A DNA stretch of 25,856 nucleotides, from positions 1-25,856 of the IMG/VR virus record IMGVR_UViG_3300048803_000001; one strand, written 5' to 3'. Below are positions 14,983 through 22,915 of the stretch, in pieces. Source of the stretch: a virus. Its lineage: Duplodnaviria > Caudoviricetes. Each line of letters opens with the position of its first letter. Positions within the stretch are counted from its first letter, which is position 1. Below the pieces are notes generated by a model, which was given only the letters and a program-made list of their open reading frames with translations, ran no database searches and was not told the DNA's origin. The translations under genes and the position numbers were made by a program.

Positions 14983-16355
14983 CAGCGCACCGCCAGTGAC
15001 AGTCGGGCGGCCTGAAGTTCGTCTGCCAGACGCATGGCGGCGTCGCGGTTCTCAGCCATCGTGGAGTCGGGCGTGCCTTCGGTCTGCGCGCTCTCGCCGG
15101 TCCGTGTGGGAACGCCGATGCGCTCGGCTATCGAGTCGCCGTCGACGTCCACGCTCCCGGCCTTCACCAGTTCGGTGAACAGCGAGCCGAGGTAGAGCTT
15201 GTCCTCGTCAGACATCCCGGGGGTGACGATGCGCGGGATGGCAACGTCGCCGAACGTGTAGCGGATCAGCCGAGGCACGATCTGCGCGTTGACGGCGTCG
15301 ATGATCTCGGAGAACGTCCCTTGCACACCGAGCAGCCAGACGTCCTTGTGCGTGTCGGACAAGGCGTTGCTCCCGCCGTCGCCGTTGAGCACCTTCTCGG
15401 GAGTCAGCAGGCCGAGCATCATGCGCATCTCCAGCGCCTTGGCACCCGCGAGGAAAGCGCCGGCGGTCTGCGCGCGCTGCGCGTCCTCCACCAGCGAGAC
15501 GGCCCAGGAGGCTTCGCCATCCATCGACGACTGCGTCCACATGCTCGTCGCATCGCTCTGGAAGCCCGCGGCGATCGCGCGTGCCGTGTTGGCGTTCGCG
15601 ACGCCATCGCTGTTCTCGCCGGGGGGAAACTCGACGTGAACGGCAGGAGTGGTCCTGCGCGCCATGAAGCGCATGAACAGCGAGTGCAGGATCCGGTGGG
15701 CGTACCAGGCGTCGTAGACGGAGAGCAGCCGCCCTTCGCCCCAGTAGTTGCCGAAGCGCATCCCGCTTGAGAAGTGGAAGCATCGCTCGGCTTCGAGGTG
15801 CAGGTACGGGTAGGTCAGGCCGAGCCCGTTGAAGTCCTCAAGGCCGTTGACGTAGATGGACACCAGCGACGCGGGGTCGATGTCCTTGACCTTGGACAGC
15901 GTCCAGCCGGTGACCGTGTTCTCGACAACAGCGCCCGCGTCGTCCGCCGTCTTCACGCTCGTGTCGGTGCGCTGGTAGACGGTCTCGAAAGGCGCGCAGC
16001 CCTCGTAGACTCCGGTGCGCGCGCATCCCTTGATGATGGACCCCCACACGGGCTCTATCGCCGCGCGGATGAACTCGGCGTGCAGCGCATCGGGACCGTC
16101 CACGTCCCACGGCGCGAACCTGAGCGCCAGCTCGGAGAGCGCGGAGCACGCCTTGATCGTGGGGTCGAGCATCATCTTCCGCATGACCGTGAAGCTGATT
16201 CCGCTCGGGCGGTACGTCCCGATGTTGGCTTCCAGGTCGCCGATGTAGCTCGACGCGATAGACCCGCTGCCGTGCCCGGCGATGTCGCCTTCGGGCGGAG
16301 TCTCGACGCCTGCGAAGGCACGGTAAGCGCTACCGAGTCGGGTCGCTATCGTCAC
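14982..16355 (-). CDS. Portal protein, Mu gp29/DUF935-like (457 aa)
   Basis: Follows terL (GTGA overlap, GGAGG RBS). MMLDPTI, YEGCAPFETVY, GNYWGEGRL..VY..W, GGSNALSDTH, INAQIVPRLI-type motifs. Confidence 0.9.
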   Translation of the reverse strand: MTIATRLGSAYRAFAGVETPPEGDIAGHGSGSIASSYIGDLEANIGTYRPSGISFTVMRKMMLDPTIKACSALSELALRFAPWDVDGPDALHAEFIRAAIEPVWGSIIKGCARTGVYEGCAPFETVYQRTDTSVKTADDAGAVVENTVTGWTLSKVKDIDPASLVSIYVNGLEDFNGLGLTYPYLHLEAERCFHFSSGMRFGNYWGEGRLLSVYDAWYAHRILHSLFMRFMARRTTPAVHVEFPPGENSDGVANANTARAIAAGFQSDATSMWTQSSMDGEASWAVSLVEDAQRAQTAGAFLAGAKALEMRMMLGLLTPEKVLNGDGGSNALSDTHKDVWLLGVQGTFSEIIDAVNAQIVPRLIRYTFGDVAIPRIVTPGMSDEDKLYLGSLFTELVKAGSVDVDGDSIAERIGVPTRTGESAQTEGTPDSTMAENRDAAMRLADELQAARLSLAVR

Positions 16356-17995
16356 GTGGTGCCTCCGATGTCCAGACCGCCGCCGAATCCCGCGGACGAT
16401 GCGCCGCCCGCGTTGTTGGCGAAGTCGTTCACGAGTTGCGAGAGCGCGTCGGTGAAGTCGTCATGCTCGGCGAACGGGAAGCTCACCAGCTCTTCGATGC
16501 AGTCCGCCATCCAACCAGCCTCACGCGGGTGCGGCAGGAACACGTTGCCCGCCTCGATCATGGGAGTGGCAGCAGCCAGCCGGGCTTCCTTGCTCCCGCG
16601 CGGCGGCAGGGCGATGATGCCCGGCACGGTGCCCGCGAGCCTGCGTGCGACCTCTGAGCCGTTGGCCGCCTTCTCGATGACCTTGCGGGTAGCCCGGCAG
16701 TTGCGAGCGGTGAGCGTGTGCAGAGCGGCGATGCACCCCGGCAGGCCGAGGCGTTCACGGATGCCGTCGAGCACGTAGACGTTGGCGCCTGCCCTGGCTC
16801 CCACGAGCCCCACGGTGTAGTCGTCTCGCGCCTCTCCCCACAGCCCCATGTCCCAGCTCTGACGATGGCCGGTCAGTGACTCGGGAAGCTCGACGACGTC
16901 AGGAGGATCGTCGGCTCGGCGTCGAAGCGTCCAGTAGCGCAACCATTCGCGCTTGACCATGCCGCCTTCAGCGGGAGTCGGCCGCTGTTGGTACTGCCCG
17001 GCGAAGCCGTAGCTCCCCAGTCGGCGTTTGACGCGCTCGATCTGCGCGGTGTCCTCGCGGGCTTCCCATAGCAGCTCGCCCGTCTTGCGGGTGACCACGC
17101 GTCCGCTCCGAGGGAAGACGACGGTCTCGTCGACCTCGGCGATGGCCGGCACGCGCACGTGGATCCATCCGCCCTCGTCGAGCACGTGGCCCGTGAGGTC
17201 GGACTGGTGCAGGCGCTGCATGATGAGGACGAATGCCCCGGTGGACTTGTCGTTGAGCCGCGTCGAGAGCGTCTCGTCGAAGAAGCGGTTGGCGGATAGG
17301 CGCTTGGCCTCCGAGTGAGCATCCTGCGGGTTCTGCGGATCGTCGATGACGACGCGATCGCCGCCCTGGCCGGTGGCGCTACCCCCGGTGGAGGTCGCCA
17401 TCATGTGACCCCGGCGGTCGTTCTCGTAGTAGGTCTTCACGTTCTGGTCACTCGTGAGCGTGAACGACTTGCCGTAGCCGCCCTGGTACCAGTCGGACTC
17501 GACGATGCGACGCCTGGCCAGCGAGTGCGTGGTCGAGAGGTTGGCGCTGTAGCTTGAGAACAGGTAGCGCATCCCGGGGCGGTCTATCCACTCCCACACC
17601 GGCCACATGACGGTGACGATCAGCGACTTCATGTAGCGCGGGGGGATGTTGACCACCATCGCGTGAACGGGTTCGGCCGCCGTCCCCATCGCTTCGCAGC
17701 ACTCGGGGCACGGGGCCTCGCCGTAGGTGATGCACTCTAGCCATTCGCAGAGGTAGGCGATGTGCCAGTTGTCTACGAAGGCTCCGTGAGGTTCGACGAT
17801 GCGCCACGCAGCTCGGACGAAGTCGTAGAGGCCCCCGCGGGCTCGCGCGTACTCATCGGACCTCGCGGCCTCGTTGCGCTCAGCCTTCAGCTCCATCTGA
17901 CGCTGCTTGAGGGCGAGCGTCGCAGAGGAGTTCGTATTCGGAGTCGAGCGCGGAGATCTCGGCTTCGATCTCGTTGAGCGTGCGGTGCCGGACAT
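16352..17995 (-). CDS. terL: Terminase large subunit (start uncertain: 17995 or 17896)
   Basis: Walker A NIPPRYMKS, Walker B VVIDDPQ, LIMQRLHQSDLTG, FAGQYQQRP, nuclease motifs QSWD and FPFAEHDDFTDALSQ. Confidence 0.95.
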   Translation of the reverse strand: MSGTARSTRSKPRSPRSTPNTNSSATLALKQRQMELKAERNEAARSDEYARARGGLYDFVRAAWRIVEPHGAFVDNWHIAYLCEWLECITYGEAPCPECCEAMGTAAEPVHAMVVNIPPRYMKSLIVTVMWPVWEWIDRPGMRYLFSSYSANLSTTHSLARRRIVESDWYQGGYGKSFTLTSDQNVKTYYENDRRGHMMATSTGGSATGQGGDRVVIDDPQNPQDAHSEAKRLSANRFFDETLSTRLNDKSTGAFVLIMQRLHQSDLTGHVLDEGGWIHVRVPAIAEVDETVVFPRSGRVVTRKTGELLWEAREDTAQIERVKRRLGSYGFAGQYQQRPTPAEGGMVKREWLRYWTLRRRADDPPDVVELPESLTGHRQSWDMGLWGEARDDYTVGLVGARAGANVYVLDGIRERLGLPGCIAALHTLTARNCRATRKVIEKAANGSEVARRLAGTVPGIIALPPRGSKEARLAAATPMIEAGNVFLPHPREAGWMADCIEELVSFPFAEHDDFTDALSQLVNDFANNAGGASSAGFGGGLDIGGTT

Positions 17996-18470
17996 CTATC
18001 GGCCCTCCGTTCGCCCCCGTGTGCTCGACGCGGTTGACGTGCTTCCACCGCTCGGGGCGCCGGTTGCAGAGCCAGAAGATGCAGGCGGTCGTGTCGGCTG
18101 CGTGGTACTCGATGACCTCGCGACCGGCGATGAACGTCCGGCTCTTGACGGACTCGCCGAGAGCGCGCTTGTAGAGCGACTGCTCAACCTCGTCGTCCGG
18201 TTCGACCTTGGCCGCTTTTATGGCTTCCGAGAACTCGATGTGCTCTGCCTGCCACTTCGAGAACGTAGACATCGCGATACCGAGTTCGTCGGCGATCTCA
18301 GGGCCGATGAGCCCTAGCGCGGCGAGAGCTGCAGCAGCGATCGGGTGCGCCTTGGCGTCGTACTTCGTCGGCCGGCCACCCGCGTGCTTCCGCTTTGGTG
18401 CGACCTGCGAACTTTCCGCACCCTCACGCTTGGCGACGATGGCCTCGACCATCGCTTCGGGAGTCTCCAC
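17880..18470 (-). CDS. terS: Terminase small subunit (about 196 aa)
   Basis: GTG at 18470 after AGGAGGTGAT. GRPTKY, HTH (EIADELGI..STF.KW..EH.EFSEAIK), VEQSLYKRALG, DTTACIFWL.NRRPERW, VEHTGANGGPI. Confidence 0.92.
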   Translation of the reverse strand: METPEAMVEAIVAKREGAESSQVAPKRKHAGGRPTKYDAKAHPIAAAALAALGLIGPEIADELGIAMSTFSKWQAEHIEFSEAIKAAKVEPDDEVEQSLYKRALGESVKSRTFIAGREVIEYHAADTTACIFWLCNRRPERWKHVNRVEHTGANGGPIDVRHRTLNEIEAEISALDSEYELLCDARPQAASDGAEG

Positions 18471-18491
18471 ACGATCACCTCCTGGGAACGT

Positions 18492-18777
18492 CGGCTCGCG
18501 GGGCACCCTGCCATCGCCCCGCGAGCCGCGCAGTCCATGTGCGGCGGGAAGGAATCGCCGCGATCAGCGCCGGGTGAGCGCAGGACTTCGGGCAGACAGC
18601 AGCCACGCCACCGACCCGTGAGGGCAGATGGCGTGGCTTGCGTACTACGAATCGTTGAGTGGAGACAGTCAGTTCAAGAATGCGGCTCGGCGGCACCTAA
18701 GCTGGTGCGATCCGGCGGGACGGCTCACGTCCCCTGCGTTTCCCGAGGCGGCTTCCGTGCCGTCCCGTTCCTGCCGC
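18492..18777 (-). ncRNA. Candidate structured leader RNA of the virion operon (family unknown)
   Basis: Non-coding gap with stems: 13-bp perfect inverted repeat 18492-18528; three-way element ~18532-18587; ~16-bp stem 18601-18638 with G-U pairs on the minus strand; multibranch domain 18682-18777. Confidence 0.45.
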
Positions 18778-18798
18778 GTGTCATCGCTCGCTACGCGT

Positions 18799-18827
18799 AT
18801 CGAACACCAGTTCGTTGCACGTGTCAA
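18799..18827 (-). promoter_or_regulatory. Putative promoter for the packaging/virion operon
   Basis: Perfect TTGACA (18827-18822) directly after the last early gene; at 17 bp spacing only a weak -10 (TTCGAT). Confidence 0.45.
18800..18815. promoter_or_regulatory. LexA-type (Gram-positive/actinobacterial SOS box) operator
   Basis: TCGAAC-ACCA-GTTCGT: core CGAAC-N4-GTTCG is perfect, with one mismatch to TCGAAC-N4-GTTCGA. It overlaps the promoter spacer and -10. Confidence 0.6.
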
Positions 18828-18828
18828 C

Positions 18829-19131
18829 CTACACGTCAGGTCGAGTGTCGGAGATCGCCCGCCTCGCTTCGGACTCGGCCCACTCGCGCAGCTCTTTCGC
18901 CGATTCGTTGTGGTTCACGAGGTGGTTGTACGGCTTCCGACCGACCTCGTGCGCGACGAACACCTCCACCATCCCCCGTGCGAGTGCAGCGTCGGCGGTG
19001 AGGGCGTCGAGGGCGTTCTCCCGGTAGCGCATCCCCTTGTGGCCCCTCATGCAGCTCTCGTCGGCGTCGGCTGAGCGGCACGCCCTCCGTACCGTCGCCT
19101 CGTGCTGTTTGCGTTCGGTGTCAGGTAGCAT
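18829..19131 (-). CDS. Hypothetical protein (100 aa)
   Basis: GAGGTGG upstream of ATG; overlaps the previous gene; last gene of the early block. Confidence 0.7.
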   Translation of the reverse strand: MLPDTERKQHEATVRRACRSADADESCMRGHKGMRYRENALDALTADAALARGMVEVFVAHEVGRKPYNHLVNHNESAKELREWAESEARRAISDTRPDV

Positions 19132-19366
19132 CGGTGGCCACCTCGCGGTGGTCGGCGTTCATGGATGCCAAGTGAGCGGACAGTTCGTCAAGGCACCCAG
19201 AGTCGAACGTCACGCTGCTCTGGAAGTGCGCGACGTACTTCCTCCACGGGCCATGCCAAGCGATGAGCGCCAGCAGGTCGCCGCTTCGTGAGCTACGAAC
19301 CTCGACGCGCTTGGTCTTTCCGCTCTCACTGGTGCCGTAGTCCCTGAAGGCGAGGTAGCTACTCAT
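19121..19366 (-). CDS. Conserved-looking phage hypothetical protein (81 aa)
   Basis: True start ATG 19366 after AAGGAG. GKTK...V.S..SG.LL..I.W.G.WRKY.......F...CL.EL pattern recalled from small phage proteins. Confidence 0.75.
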   Translation of the reverse strand: MSSYLAFRDYGTSESGKTKRVEVRSSRSGDLLALIAWHGPWRKYVAHFQSSVTFDSGCLDELSAHLASMNADHREVATDAT

Positions 19367-19538
19367 CGTCGGACTCCTTCGTCTTGCGTAGCGAGCAGGC
19401 CAGCGGGTACGTTGACCAATACTCGTTTCGCTTTTGGCGCTCCACCGGAGCACCGGGACGCTCGTAGCAGGTGTCCACTTGCCAGCGGTCGCCCGACTCG
19501 CGCTTGTGAAACACACAGCCCTCACACGTCTCGCTCAT
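19359..19538 (-). CDS. Small Cys-containing protein (59 aa), possible Zn-binding
   Basis: Not in the ORF track. ATGA overlap at 19538, GGGGGAG RBS. MSETCEGCVFH...TCYERPG...YPLACSLRKTKESDDE*. Confidence 0.7.
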   Translation of the reverse strand: MSETCEGCVFHKRESGDRWQVDTCYERPGAPVERQKRNEYWSTYPLACSLRKTKESDDE

Positions 19539-19861
19539 TGCTCCCCCTTCAGTACGCGGTCGGCGGCTTCGTGGGCGGCTTGGTGAGCCTCGGCCTCAGG
19601 GCTGAACATGTCGGCGTATCCGTATGGCTCGGCGCTCCACGCCTCGTGCTCCGCCACCAGCGCGTCACGTTCGCGCAGGAGGGCAAGGATTTCGTCCTGT
19701 ATTCGGTCGTTGAAGTCCTCTAGGTCGCCAATACGCTCGTCCTTCGTGGCTAGGTCATCGGCTATCGAGTAGAGGGCGGAGAACGTATCCGGTGTCGCCT
19801 CACGGTCGAACCGCAAGCCCTCCGCTACCACAGCGATACGTGGGTCGGTCGTGTCACTCAT
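19535..19861 (-). CDS. Hypothetical coiled-coil protein (108 aa)
   Basis: ATG 19861 (ATGA overlap) after AAGGAGG; acidic heptad-like segment. Confidence 0.75.
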   Translation of the reverse strand: MSDTTDPRIAVVAEGLRFDREATPDTFSALYSIADDLATKDERIGDLEDFNDRIQDEILALLRERDALVAEHEAWSAEPYGYADMFSPEAEAHQAAHEAADRVLKGEQ

Positions 19862-20859
19862 CGGTCTGCCTCCTTGAGTGCGGCGAGGGCGGCACAGAGC
19901 GGTCGGCACTCAGTACACGGGTACATCTCCCAGCACTTCTCGCGGTTGTTCGTGCAGCGGAGATTCCTAGCCTTCGCCGCCTCCACCACGTCACGCAGTA
20001 GAACGTTGGTGGCTTCGAGCTGGTGGCAGGACTCGCCTATCGTGCCGAGCAGTTCTCTCGACGACTCGCGGATGCGCTCGGCGCGAGTCTGCTGCTCATC
20101 GGCCCGCCTGCGCTCACGCTTGCCCCACTCCACAGCCTCAGCGCGTTCATCGCGGGCGGCGTCGCGTTGCTGGATAGCCGTAGCTGCGATTCCGCAGGCA
20201 TCCCCTCCCTTGCAGCCGTCAGCGTTTTCCAACTCCTCGATGATGCGTTCTTGCCGTTCGATTGTCCTCGCCGCCATGCGGTCGAATAAGGGGCCGCGCC
20301 CCTTTAGCTCCGCGTTCTCGGCTCGTAGGCGGGTGAGTTCGGCCTCAAGGTGCCCAATGTCGTCGTCGGCGTTGCGGCCCAGTCGCACCATTTCGCCTCG
20401 TAGGCGCTCGACCTCGGCCTGTATCCCCTTGCCCCAGGTCGTAAGCGACTCTCCCCACTTCCTCGCCTCGTCGCGCTCGGCTCCCCTGCGATCAAACTCG
20501 GCGCGAAGGGTGCGTAGGTCGTCCTCAAGGTAGGGCGCGACGGCTTCACCATCGTCGTCAAGGGGATTGAGTACGCCCTCCCACAGCGCGCCGAAGTCAG
20601 CGGCGGGCGGGCCAGTACCCTCCGAGCATGAATCCTCCGATGAAGGTCGCGGCTCCGAACAGCACGAGTCCGAGCATGTGTCCTCCTTGGGGTCAGCGGG
20701 CATCCCGGTCACGTCTTGATTCAGGTTCTCGCCTAGCCTTCCGGGGCCGAAAGTACCGCTCCCAACACCACCCGACGACGGCGATGAGGGCGAGGACGGC
20801 GCACATGGCTGCGAGGGTAAGGGCGAGGAGCATGGGGTGTCCTTTGCGTCACTCGCCAT
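19858..20859 (-). CDS. Coiled-coil hypothetical protein with C-terminal Cys cluster; true start uncertain
   Basis: The C-terminal ~245 aa are a convincing phage coiled coil (AERDEAR, AEVERLR, RLRAENAEL) ending C....C....C..C..C. The first ~85 aa look like a shadow frame. Confidence 0.65.
   Translation of the reverse strand: MASDAKDTPCSSPLPSQPCAPSSPSSPSSGGVGSGTFGPGRLGENLNQDVTGMPADPKEDTCSDSCCSEPRPSSEDSCSEGTGPPAADFGALWEGVLNPLDDDGEAVAPYLEDDLRTLRAEFDRRGAERDEARKWGESLTTWGKGIQAEVERLRGEMVRLGRNADDDIGHLEAELTRLRAENAELKGRGPLFDRMAARTIERQERIIEELENADGCKGGDACGIAATAIQQRDAARDERAEAVEWGKRERRRADEQQTRAERIRESSRELLGTIGESCHQLEATNVLLRDVVEAAKARNLRCTNNREKCWEMYPCTECRPLCAALAALKEADR
20597..20677 (-). CDS. Putative 26-aa membrane peptide in an alternative frame
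   Basis: AAGGAGG-ACAC-ATG; MLGLVLFGAATFIGGFMLGGYWPARR*. Confidence 0.45.
   Translation of the reverse strand: MLGLVLFGAATFIGGFMLGGYWPARR
20693..20833 (-). CDS. Putative 46-aa single-pass membrane protein in an alternative frame
   Basis: AAAGGA-CACCCC-ATG; MLLALTLAAMCAVLALIAVVGWCWERYFRPRKARREPESRRDRDAR* (hydrophobic helix then basic tail). Confidence 0.5.
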   Translation of the reverse strand: MLLALTLAAMCAVLALIAVVGWCWERYFRPRKARREPESRRDRDAR

Positions 20860-21466
20860 GATGCCTCCACGCCTCGGCCGCTACCTTCTCGGCCTGCTCC
20901 GCGGCGCGCTTGCGCTTCTCGCGGTGATCCGCGTCCACTTCCATCGGATCGAGCGTGGTCAGGAACGCGGGCAGGTCGTGCCCCATGTCGAAGTCCTGCT
21001 CCGTGGGCGCGGCCTCGACCTGCTCGGCGTCGAAGATGACGGCAGGAGCGGCGGCTGCCTCTGTGGTGGTCGGCTCGGGATCAGGTTCGGCCTCCACGTC
21101 GGGAACCAGGCGCGCCAGCTCGTGCAGGATGTCGAGCGCCACGTCCTCTCGCAGCGGCTTGAGCGCGGACACGTCGTAGACGTGCTCGCCGGCCAACAGG
21201 AACAGGCTCTCGGCGTGGCGGAAGGTCCGGGCGCGCTTCATGGACTCCAGCAGCGTGGCGATCTGGTGCTCGCTCGGGAGCGGGGCTGGCTTGCGGTCGC
21301 GTTCGGCCTGACGGAACGGTGCGTCGCGGGGATCTATCTTCGGCGGGGAGTACACGCTGTTCGTCGCCGACGAGGGCTTGCGGTGGTTGTCGCGGATGAA
21401 CTGTGCGACCTGCGTCGCTTGCGCTTCGAGCGGAGTATCCGGGCGGTCGATGGTTTCGGTGGTCAT
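20849..21466 (-). CDS. Hypothetical protein (205 aa)
   Basis: GAAAGGA RBS; plausible composition; no recognised motif. Confidence 0.75.
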   Translation of the reverse strand: MTTETIDRPDTPLEAQATQVAQFIRDNHRKPSSATNSVYSPPKIDPRDAPFRQAERDRKPAPLPSEHQIATLLESMKRARTFRHAESLFLLAGEHVYDVSALKPLREDVALDILHELARLVPDVEAEPDPEPTTTEAAAAPAVIFDAEQVEAAPTEQDFDMGHDLPAFLTTLDPMEVDADHREKRKRAAEQAEKVAAEAWRHHGE

Positions 21467-21476
21467 GGTCGTCCTT

Positions 21477-22166
21477 TCAGGCGAGGATCAGCGCCATGCG
21501 CTCGGCACGGTGCGTGAGTCCGACGGGCAGTGTGGCAGGGTTCACGTCTCGCGGGCGGGATGTCCGTTTCAGGTGAGCGGCCAAGCGCTCCTGGGCCTCT
21601 CGGCGCCAGAGGTTGCGGCGTTCGTCGGAGTCGAGTCGAGGCTGCGAGTGCAACCAGCGGGTGTCCAGGTCGCCGTCCACGACGCTCATGTCGTCGCTCA
21701 CGATGCCGAGCGCGACCCGCCCCATCGGGGAGTCCTCGAACGCCAGCAGCGTCACCGTGGCGCGCGTCCACTCCACCGCCGCGTCGTCGTAGCCGTCGGA
21801 GCGGATGTGCCACGAGCCGGACGGGACGGCTGGGCCTGGACGCGGTGAGGGAGAGCGGTACGGGCACGTCTCGACGTAGATGCCGTCCACGATCTCGGTC
21901 GCGGTGCGGATTCCTGAGTCGTGGCTCGGCGGCGCGGTGCCGGTCCCGTCGTGGCCGATAGGGCTCATGGTGCACTGGAAGCTCGACGGGCCTATCCTGC
22001 CCGCGTAGGCGGCTTCCTCGCACCACCTTCGGCGCGGGGCGGGAGCGGTGCAGCGCCACAGGCGCGTCGGGACGCGAGGATGCGGCGCGGGGTCGGAGGC
22101 GAAGATGGCGGCCAGCAGGTTCACGAAGTCGCCGCGTGAGCATCGGTGCAGGGGCTTGGGCCTCAT
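21477..22166 (-). CDS. Hypothetical protein (up to 229 aa)
   Basis: ATGA overlap with the methyltransferase stop and GGAGGTGG RBS; scattered Cys residues; no recognised family. Confidence 0.7.
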   Translation of the reverse strand: MRPKPLHRCSRGDFVNLLAAIFASDPAPHPRVPTRLWRCTAPAPRRRWCEEAAYAGRIGPSSFQCTMSPIGHDGTGTAPPSHDSGIRTATEIVDGIYVETCPYRSPSPRPGPAVPSGSWHIRSDGYDDAAVEWTRATVTLLAFEDSPMGRVALGIVSDDMSVVDGDLDTRWLHSQPRLDSDERRNLWRREAQERLAAHLKRTSRPRDVNPATLPVGLTHRAERMALILA

Positions 22167-22915
22167 GCGGCCACCTCCGCGAGCAGATACTCCCCGATGA
22201 ACTCGGTGTAGGCAGGGGGTATGGCCTGGGACAGCTCGTTGCCGGTCATCCAGTCGATGCCCATCGCTTCGGCGCGCTCCGCCGTCGAGAACTGCTGCGT
22301 GCCGTCGCGCACAGATGCGCCACCCGCCGACCCGTAGACGCCGACGGTGGCAGGCTGGCGGCGGTAGTCGCGGCCGTTGCCGTCTCCGTAAACCCCCACC
22401 GTCGCGGGCCTTGTGCGACGGTGGTCACGGCCGTGACCACCGTACACGCCGATAACGAGGTGGCGCTGGTAGTGCGAACAGGGCGGTACCAGCATCGCGA
22501 ACGTCGTCTCGAACAGCCGGTGCCGGCGAAGCTCTGCCTCTCCCGTCCCGAGCCCGAACATCGTGCCGCAGAGCATCCACGCTTCGATGAGCGGAGCGCC
22601 TGGGACGTTCTCGATCACGTAGGGCTTGCCGCTGGCGATGAGCAGTTGCCTGGTAGGGTCCACGAGGTCAGGGTGCGGCTTGGCGTTCCACATGGACTTG
22701 AGCGCGGTGAACGCCTGACACGGCGGGCTCGCGTGTATCGCGTCGAACTCGTGGCCGTGCTCGGCGACGTACTCCAGCGCGTCGGACTGGTGGAACTCGA
22801 ACGGGTAGTGCGGCTGCGGTTTGATGTCCACGCCGACGACATCGAAGCCCGCGCGGTGGTATCCCATCGCCGCACCGCCAGCGCCACAGAACAGGTCGAG
22901 TAGGCGCGGCCTCAT
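22163..22915 (-). CDS. C5-cytosine DNA methyltransferase, short phage type (250 aa)
   Basis: True start ATG 22915. Motif I LDLFCGAGG, IV ASPPCQ, VI IENV, VIII RRHRLF, C-terminal AMGIDWMT..ELSQAIPPAY. Confidence 0.92.
   Translation of the reverse strand: MRPRLLDLFCGAGGAAMGYHRAGFDVVGVDIKPQPHYPFEFHQSDALEYVAEHGHEFDAIHASPPCQAFTALKSMWNAKPHPDLVDPTRQLLIASGKPYVIENVPGAPLIEAWMLCGTMFGLGTGEAELRRHRLFETTFAMLVPPCSHYQRHLVIGVYGGHGRDHRRTRPATVGVYGDGNGRDYRRQPATVGVYGSAGGASVRDGTQQFSTAERAEAMGIDWMTGNELSQAIPPAYTEFIGEYLLAEVAA

Noticed and set aside
18532-18587. Hammerhead ribozyme (three stems with CUGAU)
   Set aside because: Core reads CUGAUCG and ACAU instead of CUGANGA and GAAA.
18700-18765. c-di-GMP-I riboswitch-like look (GAAA loop followed by GGGACG)
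   Set aside because: The GCAAAC and GCAAAGC elements and the second stem with its receptor are not matched; resemblance is superficial without a covariance-model hit.
18484-18828. tRNA gene in the intergenic region
   Set aside because: No cloverleaf with a T-loop GTTCRA in a proper stem; the GTTCGA present belongs to the operator palindrome.
18628-19074. Plus-strand 148-aa ORF starting MAWLAYYESL across the intergenic gap
   Set aside because: No clear RBS, overlaps a minus-strand gene for over half its length, and would run through the promoter/operator; not fully excluded.
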